Assembly (NCBI RefSeq): GCF_963921235.1
Contig: NC_086108.1
Span: forward strand, 60,948,001-61,012,000
Direction of reading: 5' to 3'
From: Mobula hypostoma
Lineage: Eukaryota
DNA length: 64,000 nt
Shown: positions 1 to 11,374 of the stretch, piece after piece
Numbering within the stretch: the first letter of the stretch is position 1
Layout: each line of letters opens with the position of its first letter
Notes under the pieces: model-generated
What the model saw: the letters and a program-made list of their open reading frames with translations, nothing else
Database searches by the model: none
Told to the model about the DNA's origin: nothing
Translations under genes and position numbers: made by a program

Positions 1-535
1 GAGAAAGTGGGTTTCGGAGGATCAATCAGGCGGATTGATCCAAATTGCTATTCCATCAGTGAAGAAAGGGTTGACTGGTGGGGAGTTGTCTATGTGTCCA
101 CCCTCGCCTGGGTGATAGCTCCACCACAGAAGACCGGTCTCCCTGGTTAAAGTCACTGTCGATGACTTGTAAAGGATTTCGGAGGATGACGAGAAGATCA
201 ACGGCATCAGCTCACCTGAAGACTCAACTCACTCACTCTCTCTCTCTCTCTCCATCACTACTCAACTAAATACCACAAACTGAACTGAACTTTACTCAAC
301 ATCGTAAGACTGTATCTTTTTACCCCTAGACTTAAAGAAGCTTGGTTTTTACATACATATATATATTCCACACTTACTTTTATATATAATCATTGCCAAC
401 CTGTTTGATCTATGTACATTTATATTACTGTATTGTGTAGTTACTAATAAATATCAGTAGTTTATAGCAATACGAGACTCCAAAGTGTTTTCCATCTCTG
501 CTGGTTTCTTAACCCCCGTCATGGGGTACGTGACA
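1..535 (+). mobile_element. 3' part of an LTR-like repeat, truncated by the window start
   Basis: Non-coding; AATAAA at 446-451; ends ...GTACGTGACA at 535 (CA terminus typical of LTRs); (CT)n tract inside. Confidence 0.45.
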
Positions 536-584
536 ATTACAGTGAAAAAATGGCAAAGAAATAATAAAGAAAATCTTACTTTTT

Positions 585-1805
585 TTTTGAGAATATTACC
601 AGGAAAGTTGATGAAGGCAAGGCAAGAGATGTTGTCTACATGGACTTTAGAAGATATTTGACAAGGTCCCGCATGGAAGGGTGGTCAAAAAGTTTCAGTT
701 ACTGGCATTCAAAATGAGGTCGTAAATTGGATAAGACATTGGCTTTGTGGGAGAAGCCAGAGAGCGGTAGTAGATGGCTCCCTCTCCGATTGGAAGCCTG
801 TGAATATTGGTGTGCCGCAGGGATCAGTGCTGGGTCTGTTGTTGTTTGTCATCTATTGCAACAATCTGGATAATAATGTGGTAAACTGGATCAGCGAATC
901 TGTGGATGACACCAAGATTGGAGGTGTAGTGGACAGCTAGGAAGACCATCAAACCTTGCAGCGGGATATGGACAAGTTGGAAAAAAATGGGCTACAAAAA
1001 TAGCACATGTAATTTAATGCAGACGTGTATGAGCTCATGTACTTTGGGAGGACAAACCAAAATAGGATTTACATGATGAGTGGTAGGGCATTAAGTAGTG
1101 TGGTAGAATAGAAGGGTTTGGGAATACAGGTTCACAATTCCTTGAAAGTTGAGTCACAGGTTGATAAGGTCATAAGGTAAGCTTTTGGCAAATTGGCCTT
1201 CATAAATCAAAGTATTGAGTATAGGAGTTGTGATATTATGTTGAAGTTTTATAAGATGTTGGTGAGGCCTAATTTGGAGTATCTTGTGCCATTTCAGTAA
1301 CCTACATACAATCAGATTGAAAGAGTACAGAGAAAATTTACAAGGATGTTGCTGGGATTGGAGGCCCTGAGTTATCGGGAAAGGTTGAATAGGTTAGAAC
1401 TTTATTCCTTGGAGCGTAGACAATTGAGGAGAGATATGATTTGATAGAGGTATACAAAATTATGAAGGGTATTAATAGTGTAAGTGCAAGCAGGCTTTTT
1501 CCACTGAGGCTGGATGAGGCTAGAACTAGAGGTCATGGGTTAAGGGTGAAAGGCAAAATGTTTAAGGGGAACATGAGGAGGGAGTTCTTCACTCAGGGGG
1601 TGATGAGAGTATGGAACGAGCTGCCAGTGGAGATGTTGGATGTGGGTTCGATTTCAACAGCTATGAGAAGTTTGGATCGGTACACGGACGGGCATGGAGG
1701 GCTCTGGTCGTGTGCAGGTCAATGGAAGTAAGCAGATGAATAATTCAGCGTGGACTAGATGGTTCGAAGGGCCTGTTTTGTGGTGTGGTATTCAATGTCT
1801 CTATA
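585..1805 (+). mobile_element. CR1 LINE, 5'-truncated and degraded (RT C-terminal half plus 3' UTR)
   Basis: Frameshifted motifs VVYMDF..FDKVPH, GVPQGSVLG, DDTKIGG and LVRPNLEY; ORF 1441-1731 contains RTRGHGLRVKG...FFTQ. Confidence 0.9.
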
Positions 1806-2099
1806 GTCCTAAACTAGTCTGTAACTTTTATTGCGAGTGCTTTCAGTTCAGTTGAACTTTGTCAAGAATAAAAGTTGGTGCAAAACAAGAGTTTTTTTAG
1901 TTTTAACCAAAAATACCCCATAGTGTCAAACACAAAAACTAGAAAAATAAATACTGAACTGAACAAAAAATAATTGAAAACTGAAAAAAATTAAAAGCGC
2001 ATTCTTGTTAATTACTCTGTCATTATAGGATTCATATTTTAACTACACTCTGGATAAAACTTCCTGTATTCACCGTATTAATAAGAGTTATTTATAACA

Positions 2100-3372
2100 C
2101 TACCAGGCAGGAGCTGGGGAGAATAGATTGGGAGCAACTATATGGGGGTAAATCCACATGTGACATGTCAGACTCCATTAAAGCTGGATTGAGTGCAATG
2201 CCAGTATGTTTCTATGAAGTTGAAAGGTAAAGATTAGCAAGGATTGAGAACCTTAGGTGATAATAGACTGTAAACTTGGGCCTTATATATGCTTTATTTT
2301 TCTTTTTGATTAAGAAGTTGAATTATTGGAGAAGATTCTTAGGGGCAGGTTTTGGAAAAGCATGGATTTATTAGGGATAAACTGCATAGCTTTGTGCAGA
2401 GGAGATCCTGTTTCACAAATTTGGTCGGGATTTTTCAGAAAGTTAAGATCATTGTGTTATTATGTGTGGAATTCCCAGTGGGCATAGTGAGGGCTTCTCC
2501 CAAAACCGGAAGCTACGATGGTGATTTGGTTGAGTGCGCACAGGGATTGAGCTGCATTTCAGTAATAAAATGTTCTACTGTAAACCCATGTCAAGTTTGT
2601 CTTTATTAAGGACAAACATAACAGTTTGAGCACTGGATCAGCATAAGAGAATCTACAGATGCTGGAAATCTAGAGTAACAATACAGTACAAAATACTGGA
2701 GGAATTCAGCAGGTCATCCTGCTTCCCTGGAAAGGAATGCGTTGTTCACATTAGTAGAGCATAACAAAGTTTCTCATGGTAGGCTGATCCAGAAGATCCC
2801 GTCATATGGGATAAATGGTGAGGTTAATTCAAAATTGGCTTGGTCTAGAAGACCGAGGGTAGTAGTGGAATAGTGTTTCTCTGATTGCATAACTGTGACC
2901 AGTGGTGTTCCACAAGGATCAGTATTTGCTGGGACTAGTATGTGATCTGGATGAAAATGTAGGTGGTTCAATTAGCAAGTCCGCAGACAACATGAAAATT
3001 GGAGTTGTGGATAGTAAGAAAAGTTGTCAAAGGGTACAGCAAGATACAGACCAGCTGGAAATCCGGGCAGACAAGTGGAAGATAGAGTTTAATCTGGGCA
3101 AATGCAAATGTTACACTTTGGAAGTTTAAATGTGAGAGGAAAATTCACAGAAATTGGCAGGAGCCTGAGGAGCATTGACATACAGAGAGCTGGAGTGAAA
3201 TCCAAAGCTTCGCTGAAAGTGGCCACACAAGTGGATCAGGTGCTTCAGAAGACGTGTAGCATATTTGCCTTCATTGGTTGCAGCACTGTGTCTCAAAGCT
3301 GCGTTGTCATGTTGCACCTGGATAGAAGTTTTGTTAGAGCACACTTGGAGTATAGTACGCAGTTCTGGTCTT
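2100..3372 (+). mobile_element. Degraded CR1 LINE fragments
   Basis: SCFTNL, VTSGVPQGS, ISKSADNMKIG, KCKMLHFG and VRAHLEYSTQFWS remnants across frames. Confidence 0.75.
2645..2740 (-). mobile_element. Old Penelope-like terminal (pLTR) fragment
   Basis: Resembles the CAGATGCTGGAAAT...CTGGAGGAATTCAGCAGGTCA terminus seen at 24013-24100 and in the palindromic insertions. Confidence 0.6.
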
Positions 3373-3389
3373 GATAGAAAACTGTCTCA

Positions 3390-4870
3390 GATCCTGTAAT
3401 CTACCCTTGCAACTGCATTATCTCATGAAGGAACCACATTCAAAAAACTTTTCTGGTCCCATTCAACTGTCCCCATATGCTTCCTAAAATGAGATGACCA
3501 CAACTGAACACAACAGTTGAGGCTGAACCAATATTTCATAATGGCATAACAAGAGAAAATCTTTTGCCTGCTTTTACACTCTATGCCTCTCCTTGTTAGT
3601 TACTTTGTTTTGTTAGTCACTTTCTCAACCTTCCCTGCATCTTTCAATGATTTGTCTCTACACAGACCTGGTGCCATCTGCTTCTCAGAAGTTTTACTCT
3701 GTTACATTCTCTCTTCTCATTCTTCTTATTAAATGCATTGTCTCGTATTTTTCCAGATTAATGCTTCCACCATTTGACCAGCAGGCTGATATCGCTCTTT
3801 GCCTTGCATTTCACAATACTGTGAAGTTTTAGGTCATTTGCAATTTTACGAATAGTGCCCCCCCCCCCCCCCCCACAGCTGGAACCAAAATTCAAGTTAT
3901 TAACAAAGAAAAAATGCAGTCTACCAAATACCAGTTGCTGGAGAATAGCACATCATCTTCCTCCAAATCAGGAAAAAACAAAGCATAATTTTTGATCGTC
4001 TACTCAAGGTATCAATTTCCCCTTTATGGCATATCTTTCAGCTTTGCTAATAGACCTTTAAGTGCAACATCTTAGTAAAAGCTTTCTGAAAGTTCAACAA
4101 CTCCATTACCTGCATCAAAACATTGTTACATTAGTTAAACACCATCTACTTTTAACTAACAAAACCCAGTGTTGACTTCCCTTTATTAATACAGTTTCCC
4201 CCACAGGACTCTATCCTGTCTAGATCAATATTTCTAAAAGCTTTCTTGCCATATAAGCTGACTGGACTGTAATGGTTGGACATTCTGACTCCTGTTATTG
4301 TTTTAGGGAATCACATTTATCACTTTGCAGTCCACTGGAGTCGACCCCACTGCTAAACAGCATCAAACTAATGTGATCAGAACTCCTGCAATTTCTTCCC
4401 GTGCTTTCCTTTGGATGATCAGGTACATCCCACCCAGCCGTAGTGACTTGCCCATTTTAAGTTCAGATAACATACTTACTCCAATTTTTAACATTACAGA
4501 GTCACAAACATATCCCCTTCACTATTACTGTGGAAGCATGTATTTCCCTGGTGAAGATAGATGCCAAGAACTCGATGTACCTTCACACTGTCCTTGTCCT
4601 GTCAGCATCCTTGAAAAATGTCTTAGTGCTTATTAGTCCCCTCTCCTCCATACAGTAACTTTTACTCCTTACACATCTAGAACATCTTACATTTCACTTA
4701 TATTGGCAGTTAAGCTGTCCTTACCCCATTTATTTTAGCTTTTATTTTCTCTGGGTCTTTGTAATCAGCCTGGTTCTTGTTTCTAATTGCCATCATAAAT
4801 AAACCCCTTTTTTTGCTTTATCTCCTTTGTTAGCCCTATCATGATCCCAGATTTGTTTGTACATCCTTTG
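3390..4870 (-). mobile_element. Highly degraded CR1-like LINE
   Basis: Weak reverse-strand resemblance to CR1 ORF2; no intact motifs. Confidence 0.4.
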
Positions 4871-5374
4871 TATCATAGAATATAGAATAGTAAAGCACAT
4901 TACAGGTCCTTCGGCCCACAATGTTGTGCCGACCCTCAAACCCTGCCTCCTATATAACCCCCACAATAAATTCCTCCATATACTTGTCTAGTAGTCTCTT
5001 AAACTTCATGAGTGTATCTGCCTCCACCACTGACTCAGGCAGTGCATTCTACGCACCATCCACTCTCTGAGTAAAAAACCTTCCTCTAATATCCCCCTTG
5101 AACTTCCCACCCCTTACCTTAAAGCCATGTCCTCTTGTACTGAGCAGTGGTGCCCTGGGGAAGAGGCGCTGGCTATCCACTCTATCTATTCCTCTTATCT
5201 TGTACACCTCTATCATGTCTCCTCTCATCCTCCTTCTCTCCAAAGAGTAAAGCCCTAGCTCCTTTAATCTCTGATCATAATGCGTACTCTCTAAACCAGG
5301 CAGCATCCTGGTAACACACATCAAAGTTGCTGGTGAACGCAGCAGGCCAGGCAGCATCTCTAGGAAGAGGTAGA

Positions 5375-5407
5375 GTCAACGTTTCGGGCCGAGACCCTTC
5401 GTCAGGA
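5375..5407 (-). ncRNA. Minimal hammerhead motif on the opposite arm (stem I truncated)
   Basis: Reverse strand reads TC-CTGACGA-A-GGGTCTCGGCCC-GAAA-CGTT-GAC; only about 2 bp of stem I remain. Confidence 0.55.
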
Positions 5408-5415
5408 ACTTCAGT

Positions 5416-5453
5416 TAGTCCTGACGAAGGGTCTTGGCTTGAAACGTCGACTA
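5416..5453 (+). ncRNA. Minimal type I hammerhead ribozyme motif (PLE-associated)
   Basis: TAGTC-CTGACGA-A-GGGTCTTGGCTT-GAAA-CGTC-GACTA: stem I TAGTC/GACTA, conserved CUGANGA and GAAA cores, palindromic ACGU stem III, GUC triplet; stem II is weakened to G-U pairs. Confidence 0.75.
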
Positions 5454-6019
5454 TACCTCTTCCTAGAGATGCTGCCTGGCCTGCTGCGTTCGTCAGTAAC
5501 TTTGATGTGTGTTGCTTGAATTTCCAGCATCTGCAGAATTCCTCGTGTTTAAGCATCCTGGTAAATCTCCTCTGTACCCTTTCCAATGCTTCCACATCCT
5601 TCCTATAGTGAGGCGACCAGAACCGGACACAGTACTCCAAGTGTGGCCTAACCAGAGTTTTATAGAGCTGCATCATTACCTCACGACTCTTAAATTCTAA
5701 CCCTCAACTTATGAAAGCTAACACCCCATAAGCTTTCTTAACTAGAAACTAGAAACCAGGAGCTTTCTTCTGGGAATGCAGCCAAACTGTATCTGAACAA
5801 CCCTTTCCTTAGAGGCTGCCTTTTGTTCCAGTAAAATCTTGCCGATTAACCTTTGACTGAAATTTACCTGAGCCAGCTTTGCTGAAACCACATTGAAATC
5901 ACTATCTTCCGAATATATTTGCACTCTGGACTGCTCTTTTATTTTAAAACAGCTAAGATAAATCTTATCATGTTATAATCATTACATCTTGGACACTCTA
6001 CTGACTACACCCCAGTTAT

Positions 6020-6270
6020 AAGTTAGATTAAATCTTTGTTTCCTGGAGCGTATGAGAATAAGGGGGAAGATTTGATGATTCTGAGCAGAATAGACAAGGC
6101 AAATGCAAGCAGCCTTTTTCCACTGAGCTCGGGTGAGACTAGAACTAGAGGTCATATGTGAAGGGTGAACGGTGAAATATTTAAGGGGAACATGAGGGGG
6201 ATCTCATTTACTCATACGGTGGTGGATATGTTAAAAACGCTGCCAGTGGAAGTAGTGGATGCATGTTTGT
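6020..6270 (+). mobile_element. CR1 3' fragment
   Basis: ACTAGAACTAGAGGTCAT...TTTAAGGGGAACATGAGG, similar to 1520-1580. Confidence 0.7.
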
Positions 6271-6356
6271 TTTAAAAAAAGGCAGAAAACGAGCATATTT
6301 GTGGATTCATAAACAGTGAGTACTGGGTGATAATCATAAATTTAAAAAGAGCAGAA

Positions 6357-7333
<977 letters not shown>

Positions 7334-7420
7334 TTATAAGGTTGATTATTGTTGCACCCTTGCCCTAAAGGACTGCAGCCATTCTTTTGCCTTTGGTCAT
7401 AACCCACGTATCTCACATAC

Positions 7421-7438
7421 GGGTGATAGCGGTGGGAT
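7421..7438 (+). promoter_or_regulatory. Degenerate tRNA-Leu primer-binding site
   Basis: GGGTGATAGCGGTGGGAT versus TGGTGGCAGCGGTGGGAT (complement of a tRNA-Leu 3' end), 3 nt after the LTR end. Confidence 0.6.
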
Positions 7439-10239
7439 GGCTAGTCTCAAAGGGATGCTTTCAATTCAGGGAAGATTGGGATTGCCGTCCCAAGTCAGGA
7501 ATCCCCCCACCTCCTGAAGTTTAAAATGAAACAGATGCCTGGGAAACAGTGGAGGCCTCAGGGGAGGAAAAACTTCAACCCAGGGCAGACTCAAACTCAG
7601 GCCAGAAACAAAAGGGCCTTCAAGTGGCACCACTTCCGAATCTTCCCTGGAATATCTATTCAGAGACTTTTTGTCTACCCAGCACAGGGCAGAAGATGCT
7701 TTTAAAAAGGAACTCCAAAGCCTGTGGAGGGGTCCCAAGATGCTTATCAACAAGGTGAAAATATTGGGAACTATCTCCTCAGGTTCGAGAGGAAGGCCCA
7801 GATATGGCAATGGCCCGAGGGAGGAGTGAGTCTGCTAGCTAGTGCTACTACTGACGGGTAAAGCTTTCAAAGCCTACACCGCAATGGATGAAGGTTCAAC
7901 AACTATATTGACCTGAAGGAGGCTGCTGACTAAATTTGATATCTTGACAGAAACCTATCATCAACACTTTCCTTCCAGTACACTACCACCCACTGAGATG
8001 TTTCATTGCCCGACGGGTCTCTACCACAGATAGATTTGACCACAGCAGATGCCTGAGGAGGAGATTGGGGAGGCCATTGTTCTGGAAGCTGCTGCAGGTT
8101 CTTCCTCCAGATGCCAGAACCCAGGTCTGAGAGCACGAGCCAGTGGATGGACATTGGTCCGACTTGCCCTGCAGTACCTGAATGACCACAAGGGGACAGC
8201 ATCACGACCATCATTCTGAAGCAACAGAGACTCTAACCCTCCATAGGACTCTCAGAGCAACTCTGTGGAACTGGGGAGTGGGAGAATGAGGACAAAGAAC
8301 CTTTGGTAGTTTTTTCTAAGACTTTTATTTGTTACCATTGTCAGCAGCCAGGTCATAAATCCTCTGTGTGTCCATTCAAGAAGCCCAATTTGTCAGGTAT
8401 GTGCTATGTACCAAGAAGTGGAGAATGTGATGATGATGATAATGACTGTAATGATGGTGATTATGGTAATGGAAACAAGCAGAATGTGAGGAGAAAGAGT
8501 CTTTATTTATTATAGTCAAAGTTAATGGAAAACCCATTAAAGCACCTTTAGATTCTGGTAACTCACTGCCATTCATTAAGAAAAATTATGCTCCTGCCTT
8601 TGGTGTTGACTGCAGTTACCAAACACCTATCCAATGTTTCCATGGTGACTGGAAGTCTGAGCCACTGACAGAACTCATTCTTGAGCCAGATGACCACAAG
8701 TACTTGTTGACAGTGGGGGTGCTGGAGAAACTATCAGTTGACATGGCTCTGGAGAGGGATTTGCCTGTTTTACATGAATTACTGAGGAAGGGAAATAGCC
8801 AATCACGTCCATCTGTTACTTTGAGAGTAGATAGTGCTGTTTCTTATTTTGTCATGACTCGTGTTGAAACCAAAGCAATGGACAGGTTACAAGCTCTGCC
8901 TGATTTGGATGCTAGTCTGTGCAAGGGAGGGACCAAAAGGCCTAGAAAGTCACACCAGCAATGGCACCTTGAGAAATACACCAGTATTCCTGCCTCTGTA
9001 CAATGGTGTACCCATTAAGGACAACTTGGAAGGGGTCGTGGAGGCCTGCAGGGTCCTGGGAACACTGACCTCTCCCATTTTGATGGCCGCCAACCAGTGG
9101 AGCTCTGGAAGGTGTTTGCTGACTTTCTACAGCTGTTCCAGCAGAGACCAGGACTAACAAAGGTCCTAAAACCTTCCGTCAGGATCAGACCTGAGCAGGG
9201 TTCAGTACGCCAACACTGCTACAGAGTGCCAGAGTGACTTGTGAGGTCCCTGAAGGATGAGATTCGAACCGTGCTGGAGCTGGGAGTCATCGAGCTTTCA
9301 AATAGTCAGTGGAGCTGTCCCCTCGTTATTGTCCACAAGAAGAATGGCACCCTGAGGGTATGCATTGATATCTGAAAGTTAAATGCCATTTCTTTTCTTG
9401 GTGCTTATGCACCACATTGATGACCTACTAGAAAGTACTGGACGGATTAACAACACTGGGCCTTTGCAAAGGCTACTGGCAGTTTCCCCTGGATGACCTA
9501 CCAGAACCCCTCTCTGCCTTCTGCACAACCCTTGGGGTCTGTTTCAGTTCACCGTGATGCCATTTGGTCTTCATGGTGCACCAGCAACTTTCCAGTGGCT
9601 GACGGACCAGGTGCTCCAATACCATGAGGACCACTGTGTGGCCTACCTAGGTGACGTAGTTATCTATAGCCAGACACGGTCAGAGCACTTGGGCCATCTG
9701 TATAGGATCCTGGGAGTTTTCCTGCTGTCGGTTCCACCCTCAATCTACAAAATTGTGAGTGGATGAAAAGGAAAACCAGATACCTTGGCTACCAGCTGGG
9801 AGATGGAGGGGATTGAGCACAGGTGGACAAAGTGGTAGCGACTGCAACAGTACTTGAACTCACACCAAGAAGGAAGTGAAGTGACGTGAAGTCCTTCCTG
9901 GGTCTGGTAGGGTGATATCGCAGGTTCATTTCCAAAATCAGTACTCTGGCCGCACCTCTGACTAATCTTACTGGGCAACCCCGTGATGTACAAAGTAGAC
10001 AAGTGAATGTGAAAACATTTTCCAAGCCCTTAAAGCTCAAAAATCTTCTTCACCAGTCCTTCAGAGCCCAGACTTTGATAAACTGTTCCTTTTCCAGGTG
10101 AATGCCTCAGGAGGAGGCATTAGAGCAGTGTTGGCCCAAGGAGAACCTGGAGAAGAGTGACCTGTCATTTACCAGAACTGAAAACTCCTCCCAAGGGAAA
10201 CCAGATATTCCACCATTATAAAATTAACCTGAACACTTC

Positions 10240-10470
10240 TGTTGTGCATTTAATATTTCAGTAATATTGTAAATATATTGTTTGATTTAAGCATTCTTTG
10301 TTTAAATAATTCATTCTGGGTTGTATGTAAAAGTACGTGGATAACATACATCATTACGTAACCAGGTCAGAGGTGCATGCCTCATTAAATGTAAAATGAA
10401 ACTAAAATGTGCATCACCCAGCTTTTTCTCTTTCAATTAGTTTTATGCTTTGGAGTTATAAAACATAACA
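10240..10470 (+). mobile_element. Solo LTR (Gypsy type)
   Basis: TGTTGTG...CATAACA termini; flanks ACTTC/ACTTT (5-bp TSD, one mismatch). Confidence 0.7.
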
Positions 10471-11119
10471 ACTTTTTAGTAATCCTTCACCCATTCTGCA
10501 TTTAATCCTATACCTTATAACACTATTATCCTATAATCAGTAGACATTTGGAAAAGTATGGTACCCCACCATAACTACCCAATAAATACCCGATAAACAT
10601 CCACCTGTCTGTAACCTCTCTGCACATTTGCTGCTCCATAGGTCACCCATAGAATACGTCCGGCAATGTATTGTTCCTTGTCCTATTTTTTGCTTCCAAT
10701 CAAACAGATTATTTTCTGATGCTTCCATGCCATGCTCTCTCTCCAGCACAATTACATTTTCCTTCATCATCTCTGCTAAGCCTCCCTCCTTCTTTCATTC
10801 CCTAGCCTTCCTTTTAAAGGAAATTTTGCTTCAGAGTGAAAAATACACTCCAAGGAGTTGTTTGGCACAAATCATCAGGCTAAATTGGGCAGGCTGTGAA
10901 CAGATCCAGCAGCTCAGGACAGGACCTGGCCTCCAGGATGTGTTGTGGACCATCAGAATTTCACTTCGCTTCCAACCTGGGACATCATGGCCCAGACTAT
11001 CGGCCTCTCTAACCATCACCATCAAACCAGCAGATTAACACTGACTTAGTGAAGATTGTAGGAGTAGCACCACACATACCTCAGAATGAGGGGTCAGTCT
11101 GGTGAAGCTGCAAGACAGG

Positions 11120-11348
11120 TGTGGTAAACCATGTATATATGTTGTAACTCGGTTACCTGTCTGGACACACCCCTCTGCTGACTGCCCCTGTGGCTCCTCC
11201 CACAGAATCCTGTATAAAGGTGTTCGCCTTACCCCTCCCCCTCAGTCCGGGGGCAGACACTCACTGTGGAGGTCGTATTGTACAGCGAATAAAAGCCTTT
11301 CAGTATTTTATCAAACCTCAGTCTTTTGGAGTAATTGAAGGTGCTTCA
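11120..11348 (+). repeat. 5' LTR
   Basis: Direct repeat of 15353-15581; TATAAA at 11213; AATAAA at 11288. Confidence 0.95.
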
Positions 11349-11374
11349 ATTTTATTCGCTGTATGTTTTAAAAC

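Larger units (their letters stand above)
5315..5551. mobile_element. Palindromic Penelope-like mini-insertion #1 (inverted pLTR arms, hammerhead motif at the centre)
   Basis: Arms ~5313-5407 and ~5419-5513 are reverse complements; ~38-nt unpaired tail 5514-5551; 13-bp TSD AGCATCCTGGTAA at 5302-5314 and 5552-5564. Confidence 0.9.
4875..5745 (-). mobile_element. CR1 LINE 3' end, interrupted by a palindromic insertion
   Basis: LYKTLVRPHLEYCVRFWSPHYRKDVEALERVQRRFTRML, then LPGLE...LGLYSLERRRMRGDMIEVYKI...TRGHGFKV; (TTCTA)-like tail at about 4875-4890. Confidence 0.92.

Noticed and set aside
5315..5551. Reading the palindromes as MITEs or pre-miRNAs
   Set aside because: The one-sided tail, copy-specific junctions, homology to PLE termini at 24013 and 62437, and hammerhead core fit Penelope-type integration better.
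5327..5608. Recurrent ORFs such as [15 protein letters not shown] and [16 protein letters not shown] (also at 18334-18655)
   Set aside because: They are incidental frames through the palindromic repeat arms.
10240..10470. Treating this LTR as the 3' LTR of the Gmr1-like element
   Set aside because: It has no similarity to 6726-7417 and has its own flanking duplication.
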